From Lophium mytilinum (Eukaryota), in NCBI GenBank assembly GCA_010093605.1, contig MU004187.1:2036882-2100881 (forward strand): 64,000 nt of DNA, written 5' to 3'. The translations under genes and the position numbers were made by a program. Below the pieces are notes generated by a model. That model was not told the DNA's origin. It ran no database searches and saw only the letters and a program-made list of their open reading frames with translations. Below, in pieces: positions 44,918 to 58,616 of the stretch (position 1 is its first letter; each line of letters opens with the position of its first letter).

Positions 44918-46315
44918 GATATATTCTCTTTTGGGGGCTATGATTACACATTATACACGCACACTTGCTAACATCATTTGATCTTTTATTTGCATTTTCA
45001 ACAGGGCCGAGCTCCTCGACGTACCAATAGCTAATTATCTATCTTCGTTTATGAGCGGAGCTACATGCTCGACTATACGTCTTTGGACCTATCGGAAACG
45101 CGGGAATGCGGGATATAAACAAGGTGGGCCTAAAGGGAGTGCCACATTTGTCACGCCCAGTGTCGCCGGGTAGAATAGCGACACGTCTCCCGAGTCGACG
45201 AAGTGATTTCTAATGATGAGCTTGAAGGGATCGCGGATAGTTATACAGCCGCAAGCTTCTTACGAAAGAGAAGTGGAGCTCGGCTTCTCAATGGCGGAGT
45301 CCCGTGCTCCGCTGTCGGAGTGGATAGTGCTGAGTGATACTGTGGACGAGAATGGGGATGGTGTTGCTTTTTCTGGTGTGTTTAAGCTATGAGGGTCTGG
45401 TGTGATTGGTCTTTTTTATACCCTTGGAGCTTCCTATACCCAGCCGTGCCAGCATGAAGGGTACCTAGGGCCTTCCAATTGTTTCGCAGACTTATCGCGA
45501 CCCACAATTCGGCTTTCTCGGTTACCAAGCACTCTGAGGTATTCTAGTGAACAGATTTATCATAGACACAACTGCGGACGCCTATAACTCCGCCTTTATG
45601 TTCGAATGAGTCGACTATCGCCAAGCTCTTGAGCTCCATGAGTCGTTAAACAAACAATCCCCAAAGCTTCTAGGCGGGGTGGCGGGAGGTGGCGGGTGGA
45701 GGTGTCTTGTTTGGAAGTTGGAGTATGGTGGGGCATCCAGCTGTCAGCCCTACACCAGGTCCTCGGGTTCGGATTCGTCTTCTTTGAAAAAAGCTTCCCG
45801 GCGCTCCGTGAAACAGCGGCAGCTGCTCCGGCCGAAGAGCTTCCACGGACAAAGATTGGACCGCTGCGTAATATGCTCACAGGAGTGATCTAGCGGTTGC
45901 GCGCGGTCGTTCCTCTTGCGGCAGGCCAGCGTGGTGTTGCAGCGCGTTTTGGCTGCTTGGGCGTCAGCGGAAAAGCGGGTTCCGCGTACAAACGCGATCT
46001 ACCCGAGAATGGCTACTTGAGTCAGACGTCAGATTTCACGCAGTGGTTGGCTGCGCGAGGCGGAGGATGCGCGGGCGGTGAGCTATGATGCTTGCGGGTG
46101 GGGACCGCCAAAGGCACTGGATTACAAACTGCAGCACTCCCCATCCCGAGTCGTCTATCCGGAATTGGTATGGGTTGCGCCCGACCAAACGGGAGGCGGT
46201 TTGGAGGAGTGTGGTGCGTCATGGGCTGCGCTGCATGGCGACGGGAGAGATCGCAGAGGGATCCTTCGTGGTTAGGGAGATCTAAGAGGTGAGTTCGACT
46301 CATCAAGACTCAGCG

Positions 46316-46350
46316 CTCCGCCAAAGTCTCCGCCAAAGTCTCCGCAAAGT
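46316..46350. repeat. 3x tandem 12-mer CTCCGCCAAAGT upstream of the ABC transporter
   Basis: ctccgccaaagt-ctccgccaaagt-ctccgcaaagt read directly, ~370 bp before the ATG. Confidence 0.85.
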
Positions 46351-46719
46351 GTGCGCCCTTCTGAGCTGCAGACAATCATGAGGGCGCCCGTTCCGCGACT
46401 CAAAAGAAAGGGATTCACCCGACTGGTAGACCCACTCCACCTACTGCGCTATCACTTGAACAAACTCCGCCTGCTAACGCCGGTGACGGCTGCAAGGCTA
46501 GCGACCCTTCCTTTTCCCAGACCCATACGTGCCGCTGTTTAGCGTCGGAGTCCCGAGATCTCCCTCATTTCCTCTGACTTTCTTCTTTATCTTTATCCAT
46601 TCTTTCACTTTTTTCTCCCATTCATACCGTCAATTGCACCCGCGCGTGAGGTGCGACACCAAACCGTAGGCAACCCAAGGCTCTGTCACCCGCCTGCCCA
46701 TTGGCCCTCTGCCGAAGCG

Positions 46720-49700
46720 ATGGACACGGATACACCCTTGAACCACTCGACCCAGCGCGAGGAAACCTCGCAGACCTCGGGTCGCGTCTACGAGCCCATC
46801 CACAACGACCACGGCCCCGACAGCCCCCGCGACGAGTACGACGAGAAGCACTCGATCAAGGAGCTGGAGCGCAGCTACAGTCATGTCGACCGCGGCGTCA
46901 ATGTCGAGCGTGCCGAGGCCGAGTTCGCCGAGCTCAGCAAGGAGCTGTCGCGCGCGTCGCAGCACTCGCGCCGCATATCCAGGACTCAGAGCAGAAGCCA
47001 TATGAAGCATGAGACTGCGGCGGATATCGAGAAGGCTGCGAGTTCTGAGGACTCGGAGGCGGAGCAGTTTGATCTGGAGAGCACGTTGAGGGGAAACAAG
47101 AGCGAGGCGGACGAGGCGGGGATTAAGTCGAAACGAATTGGGGTGGTGTGGGACAACCTTACTGTTAGTGGGATTGGGGGTGTGAAGAATTTTGTCAAGG
47201 TGAGGTCTGCCCTGGACTGGACTATGTAGGAGCTGAAATTAATTGTGATGTAGACTTTTCCCTGGGCTTTTGTGTCTTTTTTCAATGTCGTGGAAACTTT
47301 CATGAGTGTTTTCAAGCTCGGGAAGAAGGGCAAGGAGTTCGATATTCTGAAAGATTTCAAGGGGGTGGCAAAGCCCGGAGAGATGGTTCTGGTGCTTGGC
47401 CGTCCTGGTGAGTTCAATTCAAAGTTGCGGAACAATTGACGTTGAGTGCTAATTCGTACTAGGGTCTGGATGTACCACGTTCCTCAAAGTCATTAGCAAC
47501 CAAAGATTCGGATACACCAAGATTGACGGGGATGTGCTATACGGACCCTTCGACAGCGATTTCTTCGCGAAGCGGTATCGCGGAGAGGCTGTATACTGCG
47601 AGGAGGATGAGAACCATCATCCCACTCTTACTGTTGGGCAGACTCTGGATTTCGCGCTCGAGTGCAAGGTCCCTGGAAAACGACCTGCAGGGCTCTCCCG
47701 GAAGGAATTCAAGGAAAGGGTCATAGATCTGTTTCTCAAGATGTTCAATATCGAACACACCAAAGACACAATTGTCGGCAACCCCTTCGTTCGCGGCGTA
47801 TCTGGTGGTGAGAGGAAGCGTGTCTCTATTGCCGAGATGATGGTCACTGGCGCATCATTTCTCTCGTGGGACAACTCAACGAGGGGCTTGGACGCTTCGA
47901 CTGCCGTGGATTATGCCAGGTCTCTGCGAGTCCTCACCGACATCTATCAGACGACTACTTTTGTATCTCTCTATCAGGCATCCGAGAACATCTACAAGGT
48001 TTTCGACAAGGTTATGGTTATTGACAGCGGGCGTCAAGTCTTCTTTGGCCCTGCTAAAGAAGCTCGTGCGTATTTCGAGGGTCTTGGATTTCTTGAGAAG
48101 CCTCGTCAGACCACCCCTGATTATCTCACTGGTTGCACCGATCCCTTCGAGCGTGAATACCAAGCCGGCCGGAGCTCGGATGACGTCCCAAGCACACCAG
48201 ATGCTCTTGTAGCCGCCTTCAACGCCTCCAAGCTAGGATCTAGCCTCGAGCAAGAAATGAAGGCTTACCACCAGACAATGGCGCAAGAGAAGCAAGTGTA
48301 TGATGATTTCGAGACTGCTGTTAAGGAAAGCAAACGACACGCCCCACAGAAATCAGTCTACTCCATCCCCTTCTACCTGCAGCTCTGGGCATTGTCGAAA
48401 CGTCAATTCCTCCTGAAGTGGCAGGATAAGTTCTCTCTCGTTGTCTCCTGGATCACTGCTATCGTCGTTGCCATTATCCTCGGAACCGTCTGGTTAGATC
48501 TCCCCGTCACCAGTGCTGGTGCCTTCACCCGTGGTGGCGTTCTCTTCATCGCACTACTCTTCAACGCTTTCCAGGCCTTCTCTGAACTAGCTTCTACCAT
48601 GGTCGGAAGACCTATTATCAACAAGCACCGCGCATATACGTTCCATCGGCCATCAGCTCTATGGATCGCTCAGATCGGCGTCGACTTGCTGTTTGCATCC
48701 GCACAGATTATAGTATTCAGTATTATGGTTTACTTTATGTGTGGACTAGTCCGAGACGCTGGTGCCTTCTTTATCTTCACCCTGGTAATCATTACTGGAT
48801 ATCTAGCCATGACGCTCTTCTTCCGAACTGTTGGTTGTCTCTGTCCCGACTTCGATGTTGCCATGCGACTGGCCGCAACTATCATTACACTCTTCGTCCT
48901 CACATCTGGTTATCTAATTCAGTGGCAATCTGAACAAGTGTGGTTGAGGTGGATCTTTTACATCAACGCTCTGGGTTTAGGGTTCAGCGCGCTTATGATG
49001 AATGAGTTCAGGCATTTGGACCTCAAATGCGAAGGAGCGTCCCTTATCCCCAACGGTGGCGGCTACACTGATATCAACCACCAAGTGTGTACCTTAACCG
49101 GAAGTAAACCCGGCCAACCGCTAGTCTCGGGAACCAGCTACATTGAGCAGAGTTTCACCTACGACCCCAAGGATCTCTGGCGCAACTGGGGAATCATCGT
49201 CGTTCTCATCGTGGGTTTCCTCATGGCCAACGCCTTCCTCGGAGAGTACATTCAGTGGGGCGCTGGAGGAAGGACTGTTACCTTCTTTGCCAAAGAAAAT
49301 GACGAGCTCAAAAGACTTAACCAAACTCTTCGAGAGAAGAAGGAAAAAAGGAACCGCAAGGAGGAGGGTGGTGGTGATGCTACCTCTGGGCTCAACATCA
49401 CATCCGAAGCCGTCATCACCTGGGAAAACCTGTGCTACGATGTCCCCGTTCCTTCCGGCCAACTCCGCTTGCTAAAGGACATCTTCGGTTATGTCAAGCC
49501 TGGCCAATTGACCGCTTTGATGGGAGCATCTGGCGCCGGCAAAACTACCTTGCTAGACGTTCTCGCTGCTCGTAAAAACATCGGTGTCATCTCTGGAGAT
49601 AAGCTTGTTGATGGTAAGACTCCAGGTCTTGCTTTCCAGCGTGGCACTTCCTATGCCGAACAGCTTGATGTCCACGAGCCTGCAACTACTGTCCGGGAGG

Positions 49701-51360
49701 CACTCCGATTCTCCGCCGACCTTCGCCAGCCATATGACACTCCCCAGGAGGAAAAGTATGCGTATGTTGAAGAGGTCATTTCTCTCCTCGAGATGGAGGA
49801 CATGGCCGACGCCATAATCGGTGAACCCGAATCCGGTCTTGCTGTTGAGCAAAGGAAGCGAGTTACGATTGGTGTGGAGCTTGCCGCAAAACCCGAATTG
49901 CTTCTCTTCCTTGATGAACCCACCAGTGGCCTCGACAGTCAGAGTGCCTTCAACATCGTCCGTTTCCTGCGTAAACTCGCTGCTGCTGGTCAGGCCATTC
50001 TCTGCACCATCCATCAGCCCAACTCTGCGCTTTTCGAGAACTTTGATCGTCTGCTTCTGCTCCAGCGGGGAGGACAGTGCGTATACTTTGGCGACATCGG
50101 CAAGGACGCTCATGTTTTGCTTGACTACTTCGCCCGTCACGGTGCCGACTGCCCTTCAGATGCCAACCCTGCTGAATGGATGCTTGACGCGATAGGAGCT
50201 GGTCAGGCACCTCGCATTGGAAACCGAGATTGGGCAGATGTGTGGCAAGACTCGGACGAGTTTAACATCATCAAAGAAGATATCGTCAAGATCAAGAGGG
50301 ACCGCATGGCAGCGGTGGGCGCAGCCGAGGAAGTGATACAAGCTGAATATGCCACACCTCTCTGGCACCAGATCAAGATGGTCAATGCTCGCACCCACAT
50401 GTCTTTCTGGAGGACACCAAACTACGGTTTCACCCGACTGTTCAATCACGTCATAATTGCTTTACTCACTGGTCTCATGTATCTTCAACTCGACGACTCC
50501 AGGTCGTCTCTCCAATACCGTGTCTTCATCATCTTCCAGGTCACCGTTCTTCCCGCTCTAATCTTGGCCCAAGTCGAGCCAAAGTACGCCATTGCTAGGA
50601 TGATCAGCTACCGCGAACAGGCCGCCAAAGCCTACAAAACCTTCCCTTTCGCCTTGTCCATGGTGCTCGCTGAGATGCCCTACAGTATCATCTGTGCTGT
50701 AGCCTTCTTCCTCCCGATCTACTACATTCCCGGTCTCAACCCCGCCTCGAGCCGCGCTGGATACCAGTTCTTCATCGTCCTCATCACCGAGATATTCTCC
50801 GTCACTCTTGGTCAAATGGTAGCGGCTCTGACACCCACGCCCTTCATCAGCTCTCTCGTCAACCCGTTCATCATCATCGTCTTTGCCCTCTTCTGTGGTG
50901 TCACAATTCCCAAGCCATCCATCCCCAAATTCTGGCGTGCTTGGCTCTACGAGCTCGACCCCTTCACTCGCCTTATTGGTGGTATGGTTGTCACCGAGCT
51001 CCATGACCGCCCGGTCAGGTGCAAAACCGCGGAATTCAACAGCTTCACTTCGCCGCCCGGACAGGACTGCGGGTCCTACATGGAGGACTTCTTTGCCGGC
51101 GGTGGCCCGGGTTACCTTCTCAACAACATGACGGATGCATGCCAGTACTGCGCCTACAAAGTTGGCGACGAGTTCTACCAGCCACTTGGATATAAGTTTG
51201 AGAATAGGTGGCGCGACCTTGGTATCTTCGCTGCGTTCATCGGCAGCAATTTGATTATTTTGTTCATTGCGGTATGTTCATCGACGGTTTTCTTGCCCTC
51301 ACAAATCGAACAATGACTGACATTTACTAGGCTCGTTATCTCAACTTCAACCGCCGTTGA
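46720..51360 (+). CDS. full-size PDR/ABCG multidrug ABC transporter (NBD-TMD)2, SNQ2-like; introns 47200-47253, 47408-47462, 51272-51330
   Basis: NBD1 LVLGRPGSGCTTFLK, VRGVSGGERKRVSIAE, WDNSTRGLD. NBD2 GASGAGKTTLLDVLA, LAVEQRKRVTIGVELAAKP, FLDEPTSGLDSQ, CTIHQP, NPAEWML. Confidence 0.97.
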
Positions 51361-51961
51361 GGCTACCAAATTCCACATCGCCTTAGAATTTTCTGGAAAT
51401 ATCCCACCAGCGCCCATAGAGGCGACCGTGTGATCGGAGCACGATAGACGGATCTTGTAATGGGCTTTTAGGATACCCAAAGCGTTGGATCACCCAAAAG
51501 ATTCGGTGTACTGTATAGACGGCGAGCGGGCTGTAAAATTTGGGAGCATGGACGCTTGGCAGCTGTGAGTTGGCAAACGAATAGGTCATACGCACCTTCG
51601 CTGCGTAGCTGCCCCTTTACACGGCCAACCTTCACCATTTATACTAGACAACTCATTATAATTTCATAGACTCAATTGGCACAACGTGCAAAGTCTCACC
51701 AGTTTTCCTTGCGAGTGCTTGATATCTGACTTGGCCTGATCTTCCCTGTTCTTTGAATAGTGAAGAGAATGACAACGCGCAGGGCTTTATCTAGTTGTTT
51801 GCTCGTTTCTGAAGTGTCGAATATATCAACGTCCTTGTCCCTCCCTGCCCATTCCTTTCTTCTTTTATACTCTCTGCTGCGGGCCAGCCCTTTGACTCAC
51901 AGGATCCGGTCGATGTGAACTCATACCCACCCGACAACTTTTGTTACTCTGACTACCAGTT

Positions 51962-54043
51962 ATGGCACCACGCGGCATCGTCGTCTCTACGTCTTCTGCC
52001 AGCCCTCCCACACCTCCCGCTCCTCAGAAAAGCATAGAAGGGCTCAATACTGCCTTAACCAACCCCGATACTCTAAAGAGCCGCCACTGGGAGAACCATA
52101 ACCCGTACGAAGCTTTCCCACAGCAGACGTTTACGCAGGAGATGGGGAAGGCGATGTGGGGCGTGAAACCGCCTTGGTATGGCGATGAAGAGACGTCAAG
52201 AAAGATTATGATATCGAAGACGACCCAGCTGCAAGGCTTCGTTACCATATCAGTACCCACCGCAACTATCGCAAGGCACGGTGGTACTGGCGGCGATGAG
52301 GACGAGCAACCGCCGCAGCAGGTCACGGATGTCAAACGGACGACGGTGTGGCATACGAAAACAGAAACGCAAACGCGGTTTCTAGAGCGCGCCGCTGTGC
52401 GCCATTCGCGTCCCTCGCAGTGCGATGGCTGTGGTGATCCAGTGGTGGAGTCAGCGACAGGCGTGCTGGAGAAGGAGAAGGAGGCGATGCAGCGGGGTGG
52501 AGATCTGCAGGAGAAAGACGAACATGATGAAGTGAAGATCAAGGAAATCTGGAGAATCAACAGAGATCGCCGTGGTGTCCCAGCTACGCCATTCGCACGT
52601 GGTGGGAAAGGCGAAGTTGGAGGTGACGGTGAAGTGTTGTGGGGCACCGCCCAAACCGTCACCACGTCAACATCTGCAACTCTGGACCCTCCCGCAACTC
52701 AAGATTCCTTGAACGCTGAGATTATCGCGGACGGGAAGCATGGAAAGGACATAGCCAGCGTGCAAACGCCCTCGCCACTGATTCCGGCAGCAATCGTCCC
52801 CGGTATCCCGAAACACCTCACGACCGCCCATCTACCCTCCCCATCCCACCAAAGGACATCTAAAATGTACACCGGCCGCGTATGCCAGGAGCTAGATCCG
52901 CTCTTACTCGAGCTTTTGAATCCCACCATTTCGCCTACGTCGACAATCACACAACCTCCAACGCCCTCTCCGTCACTGAATCGCTGGAACCGCGTCCCGA
53001 GCTTCGAGGCTGAATGGGTTAACAATTCCACCGAGCCGTGGGAGTTTGGGTTTGAGTTGCCCAACGTGCCGGCGCCGCTTGTATGGTTGCTATTCCTAGG
53101 TTTAGCGTTAGGAGCGGCCGGCAGCGCGGTGGTGTATCTCGTGAACTTCCCACCCGCCTTTCTATCAATGCGCGCTCCAAGCCGCAGAGCCGACGACGAA
53201 CAGGGACGTGGGCGGTATCAGGGCTTCGAGAACGGGAGCCCGAATCCGATGGAGCCGCCGCCGAGTGCGGTATCGACGGCGAGGGAGTTCGAGGGCGCCG
53301 CGGCGCTGCGGCGGACAAGAGCGCGACATCTAGAGAATGGGATAGACGCAGCTTCTTCACCTTCTGCGTACTCGTACTCGAAATCTGGGGGCGAGTCACC
53401 GACAGGTCGCACGCCTCTCCTCCACTCTAGCTCTACTTCATCGCACTCCACGCCCTCTCCGTCACCGAGCCCACCCCGCTCTCCTCCTAGCAGATGGACA
53501 CCGAACCGTAATTCGAAAAAGAAACAAGAAATCCTCCTCTCCCCCCTCGGCACGCCCTTCCCAGCCGCGGAACCCTCCATCCCCCTCCTCCCGCTTCCCC
53601 CACGGGACAAAACAGCCCACAAAATGCGCGCCGAGCTTCGTCCTCACCCCCTAAACCTCACCCCCCTCCCCACAGACCCACGAGGGCGCGCTATCCCCCG
53701 CTCTCGCACCGGCGAAGACTGGATCGCCGCCCGCGCCGCCTTCGCCTCGCAACCCAGCACCCCGCGTTCCCTCCTCGCGGCCAACGAGAGCGACATCGAG
53801 GCCCAGACGCCACATGCGCAGCTGTCGCCGCTGATGAAGAAGACGCGCTCGGGGTTCGGGCTCGCGGCGTTTCTGCCCAGTGCGATGTCGTTGCCGGCGT
53901 CGCCGGTGGTGAGGTGGAGCAGTGGGGGCGCGGCGTGGTTGGAGAGTATTGATGGGGCGGTTGGGAGGGTGGTTGGGAGGGTGGCAAGGTTTACGGCGGA
54001 TGAGGGGGGGGAGGGGGGGTTGGTGTTGCCGACGAGGGAGTGA
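51962..54043 (+). CDS. hypothetical Pro/Ser-rich protein with one predicted transmembrane helix
   Basis: 693-aa ORF with hydrophobic LVWLLFLGLALGAAGSAVVYLV and a low-complexity SP/TP-rich C-terminal half. Confidence 0.7.
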   Translation: MAPRGIVVSTSSASPPTPPAPQKSIEGLNTALTNPDTLKSRHWENHNPYEAFPQQTFTQEMGKAMWGVKPPWYGDEETSRKIMISKTTQLQGFVTISVPTATIARHGGTGGDEDEQPPQQVTDVKRTTVWHTKTETQTRFLERAAVRHSRPSQCDGCGDPVVESATGVLEKEKEAMQRGGDLQEKDEHDEVKIKEIWRINRDRRGVPATPFARGGKGEVGGDGEVLWGTAQTVTTSTSATLDPPATQDSLNAEIIADGKHGKDIASVQTPSPLIPAAIVPGIPKHLTTAHLPSPSHQRTSKMYTGRVCQELDPLLLELLNPTISPTSTITQPPTPSPSLNRWNRVPSFEAEWVNNSTEPWEFGFELPNVPAPLVWLLFLGLALGAAGSAVVYLVNFPPAFLSMRAPSRRADDEQGRGRYQGFENGSPNPMEPPPSAVSTAREFEGAAALRRTRARHLENGIDAASSPSAYSYSKSGGESPTGRTPLLHSSSTSSHSTPSPSPSPPRSPPSRWTPNRNSKKKQEILLSPLGTPFPAAEPSIPLLPLPPRDKTAHKMRAELRPHPLNLTPLPTDPRGRAIPRSRTGEDWIAARAAFASQPSTPRSLLAANESDIEAQTPHAQLSPLMKKTRSGFGLAAFLPSAMSLPASPVVRWSSGGAAWLESIDGAVGRVVGRVARFTADEGGEGGLVLPTRE

Positions 54044-55534
54044 GTAGGCTGGGGTACTCGATAGGTTTGGCGGGAGGGGAGAGGTTGAGGCTGAGATTCA
54101 GTCGGAAGATGATAGGTCTTGCATCTATCTGCTTAAGGAATCCAGATAGTCTATTGAGAGTTTGAATATGATGGAAAACTTTATACAATGGACATGGGGC
54201 TATTGTTTGACGAAGTGGAGATGTGATGGCTAGGGCACTCCTTACAGCGGTGCCGAGCGAGCAAGAATAGCGCTCGACCTGGGTATGGATGTTGATCTCG
54301 ATTCAATGCGTGTTACCGCTCTTTGAATCACGTGCCTATTCTCCACTTCTCTCTCTGTGGGGTATATAAACCCCTTCCACCCCCTCTTAATCTTCCTACA
54401 GGAAGCTGGAACGGGCTCAAGGTCGGGGGATCGAAAAAGTCGAACATAACTTTTATCATTTGGAGGGAGAGGGGAGGAGTGTGGGATTAAGTTCGAGTAG
54501 TGATGATGAGAGCTAGGAAGACGTAATGGTGATAGTAAGCCTTCGATGGTGAAGGACTTCGCCTGGACCTTGTAGAGAGGATTATCGTCATAGAAAGCAG
54601 CGAGGCTGATTTCCGTGTACCCAAACTTATAGTGAATAGTATACGAGAAGGTAAGACGCAAAAATAATTAGGCCTATTAGAAGTAATCTTTCGCAGCCTA
54701 CCACCGTGTGAGGTCCTCTAATATAGCATAACACGTTTAAAACCGACGATTTTCCCAACCCTGATAGCTCGCTGGGCCACCTCAAACGGTATCAGACTGT
54801 TGGGCCACTGAAGGCAGCAGCCAGTAAGCTGCAACGAGATCTGGAGGCCTTAGAGATAGCTGGCCTGAATTGAATACGAATCCCGTATATCTGAACCTGG
54901 ACTGTGTAAATTAGTGCTTGCATTTACGCTTGCCTACCACCATTTGAGGTCCTCTGTTACGGCATCAAAATCATGAAAAGGACGGTTTTCCCATTCCTTA
55001 AAGTTCTCCAGGGCACCTCAGACGGTACCAAACTACCCTACTATAAGACTATGTATACTGTGAGACTCGTAGCTTTCAAGCAGAGTGCTCCGTGGTTGCC
55101 GCACGGCGTGTTTTACACGGGCTTTCGCAGTAAGATTTGTGTCTGTGTCCAATTGAAGGGGCTAGAGAGGTACCTCGAAGAGGCTGCAGCGAGCGTTATG
55201 TAGTGCCCGCGCTGTGTATAAATGACCAGAATGGGTTCGCCGCGGTTAAATTTGTGAATACTTACAGCTTTTCTAGAATGCACTCTAAATTGACCACAAA
55301 GAGTGCTACGCTGCGTTTCTTATTTCAAACTTTACGAGTAGATGAGTGAAGGAGCAAAGAGGTTCCATTGCTTTTTCCTGCCCCACTAGAGTATTCTAAG
55401 TCACCACCTCACCATCGACGTCATCTAGCCATTCTGCATATCAACACCACACGCGCCATCACGACGAACCTTATAGATAATGCTACACACCCCAGCCCTA
55501 ATTAAGGCCCCGCGATGATCCAGCAACCCTGACC

Positions 55535-58500
55535 ATGCCCCCCCTCGTCCGCAAACTCCTCATCTTCGCCGCCGTCGACGGCTTGATCCTGCAGCCCGCC
55601 CCGCCGCGGAACCACCCCCCCGCGACCCAACAAGCCATCAAGATCGACTACAAGGGCAATGTCGCACCGCTTCTCAAGGACAGGCGCGAGACAGACACCA
55701 CGCCTGTCTCGCTTGAGGCGCATGGCATCGTTGGTCAGCAAGAACCCTTCCCGCTGCCCTCATATACCTATCTATTGGAGAGCGGAAATGCTGACGCGTG
55801 CATGTTGTAGGGCTTTTGAAAGTCGCTTCGGCCACATTCCTGATCTCGATATGCGGCCGCGAACAAGTCGCCCAAGTCCGCGGGAAGCCGATCTACGTGA
55901 TCACAGACGTGGCGCTTATTCCGCTGTCGTCGCAAGAGGAGGCGCATAAAGCTATCACAGCTGCGAAGGAGCATGTGAAGCGGCACGCCAAAGCGGATGA
56001 AGCGGGCGTAGAAGAGGATAGCGAGAGCGATGATGACGAGAGCAGGAGTATAATTGGGGATTCGTTGGACGAGGAGGCTACGCCGCCGGTGCACGAGGAA
56101 ATTAAAGATACGGTGACGGGACAGCGGGGACCTTTAGAGCGGCAAACGAGTGTGGTTGAGGATGTGATCGGGAAGAAGGGGGTGTATGGGCGTTTTGCCG
56201 ATAAATGGTTCTCGAAGCGTGGGTGGAGTGCTGAGGGCAGGCGGATGCAGGGGATGAGTTCTGAAGAGGATATATCGACAAAGAAGGCACAGACACCACC
56301 GAATGTGGAGTCGACACTGGAAGAATCAGAAGAGGCGCCGAAGGGGCCTGTGAACCCTGAGGATGCGCCCGAGGGGGTCAAAGAGGAGGTTGAGATGCCA
56401 GTGAGCCCGGAGGAGATTCCAAAGGCGCTCGTGCAGCCGGTGGATAGCTCGACAGTGGAGCTGCTGCCGAAGATCTTGAGGACGACGAAGCTATACTTTA
56501 GCTCGAGGAGCTTCTTCTTTTCGTATGATTATGATGTTTCGCGGAGTTTGGGACGGCAGCAGGGGATGGGGTCGAGTTTGCCGCTTTTCAAGCAATTTGA
56601 TCCTCTTGTGAGCATGATCGTACTAACAATGGGGCTTCGCTGATTCTTATGGCTTAGTTCTTCTGGAATCGTCACATAATGAGCCCACTCATAGACGCTG
56701 GACAGCACACATTCGTTCTTCCACTGATCCAAGGATTCGTTGGACAACGAGCATTCACGGTCGACGTTTCAGGGGACTCGTCGAAGAGTGCAGTAGTTGA
56801 CTCGGCTTCAAAGCCGGAAGATGTCATTGCTGCACAGCCAGAGGCAGATTCAACGGACACATCTCCTAGTACAGCTGCTAAACCACCAGCCACTGAAGAA
56901 CCGGGAAAGAAAGACTTCCTGCTCACTATAATATCACGACGATCCATCAAGCGTGCTGGTTTGCGGTATCTTCGACGCGGTGTCGATGATGAAGGTAATG
57001 CTGCCAATAGCGTGGAAACTGAGCAGATACTCTCCACCACGACTTGGGATTCCACCGAAGACAAAATCTATTCGTTTACCCAATATCGAGGATCCATTCC
57101 GCTCTTCTTTTCACAGTCTCCTTACAGCCTCAAACCTCTACCCATGTTCTTTGGGTCCCCAGAAACCAACGCCGCTGCCTTCAAATTACACTTTGCAACG
57201 CTCGCCTCCCGGTACGGTAGCATATACTGTGCATCTTTAGTCGATAAGCACGGAACCGAATCTAAGATAGGTGGAGCGTTTGAAAAGCATGCCGGCGAGC
57301 TCAATTCCGATGGTGGAATAGATAGCAAAGGCACCCAGCTCGGCTTCGAATGGTTTGACTTCCATAATGTTTGTCGCGGGATGCGTTTCGAGAATGTCTC
57401 GCTCCTCATCGACACTCTCGGCCCCTTCCTCACGACGTCCGGCTTCACCGTCATATCAAACGACAAGCCCATCCAAACCCAAAGCGGCGTCCTCCGCACA
57501 AATTGCATGGACTGCCTTGACCGCACCAACGTCGTTCAGTCCGCCTGCGCGCGCACCGCTCTCGAATCCCAATTAGCATCGCACTCCCCACCAATCCACA
57601 TAGACCTCCACACCGACCCATCCACCGCTTGGTTCAACACCCTCTGGGCCGACAACGGCGACGCTATCAGCAAGCAGTATGCCGGCACCGCTGCCCTAAA
57701 AGGCGACTTCACACGAACCCGCAAGCGCGGCGTCGCGGGTGCCCTCGCTGACTTCGGCCTCACTCTCAACCGCTACTACAACAACATCGTCGACGACTAC
57801 TTCGCGCAAGCCCTCATCGACTATCTCCTCGGCCGCGCGCCTGACTCCATCTTCGCGGAGTTCGAAGCCGATATGAAGAGCGCAGATTACGCGGTCGACC
57901 TACGCAAAGTGCGGCAGGCGGCGATCGAGCGATGTGCGGGGATCGTCATTGAGGATCCTGAGGAAGATCTAGTAGCGGGCTGGACGCTCAGCTGTCCCAG
58001 TGCAGCAAACTCGCTGAAGACGGCGCGCTTTGAGGAGGCGGTACTGCTACTTACGGAGCATGCGCTGTACTTCTGTCGGCTGGACTGGGGCACGGAGAAA
58101 GTCGCAGCATTTGAACGTATTGCACTAGATCAGCTGGACGCGGTCAGTCGAGGCGTGTATATCACGAGTACATTGGCGAAGCGGCATGTGAATGAGACTA
58201 AGAACGTCGGCTTTGTGCTCAGGTATCGCGCCGAGCTGGGGAAAGAGTTGGTGAGAGTTAATACTCGGAGTTTGGATAGTGGGGTGCAGGAGAGCGCGGC
58301 GAAGGGAAAGGAGGAGGGAAGGTTTCTGGCTTTCAAGGCGCTGCCGCCGAAGAGTAGCTTTGGGAGTGGAGAGGGCGCGGAGGAGGCGGAGAGTGAGGGC
58401 GAGGTGGTGAAGTTGATTTGTGAGGAGATCGTTGCGGTTGCTAATAAGGCGAGGAAGGGGGAGAGAGAAGCAGCGGAGGGAAAGGGAGAGGGAGCTCAGG

Positions 58501-58616
58501 GGTGGAAGCCGTTGGCGGTGGAGGAGAAGGATGTTGTTAGTCTTGTGGATGCGAAGAAGAGCACTGGGTATCTGGAACAGCTTGGGTACTCGCTCAAGAA
58601 GTTTGTGTGGGCGTAG
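55535..58616 (+). CDS. SAC-domain phosphoinositide phosphatase with a C-terminal hSac2-like region; introns 55734-55810 and 56608-56657
   Basis: Motifs FFFSYDYD, FFWNRH, LPLIQGFV, ISRRSIKRAGLRYLRRGVD..GN.AN.VETEQI, RGSIPLFFSQ, catalytic RTNCMDCLDRTN (CX5R) and LWADNGDAISKQYAGT.ALK. Confidence 0.95.

Noticed and set aside
47537..51131. Many antisense and alternate-frame ORFs over the ABC transporter (and similarly over GH27, PLC, Sac and ALO1)
   Set aside because: Shadow ORFs caused by GC-rich codon bias of the real genes.
54242..54661. 139-aa minus-strand ORF
   Set aside because: Non-ATG start and no recognised domain; could be an exon or remnant but cannot be supported.
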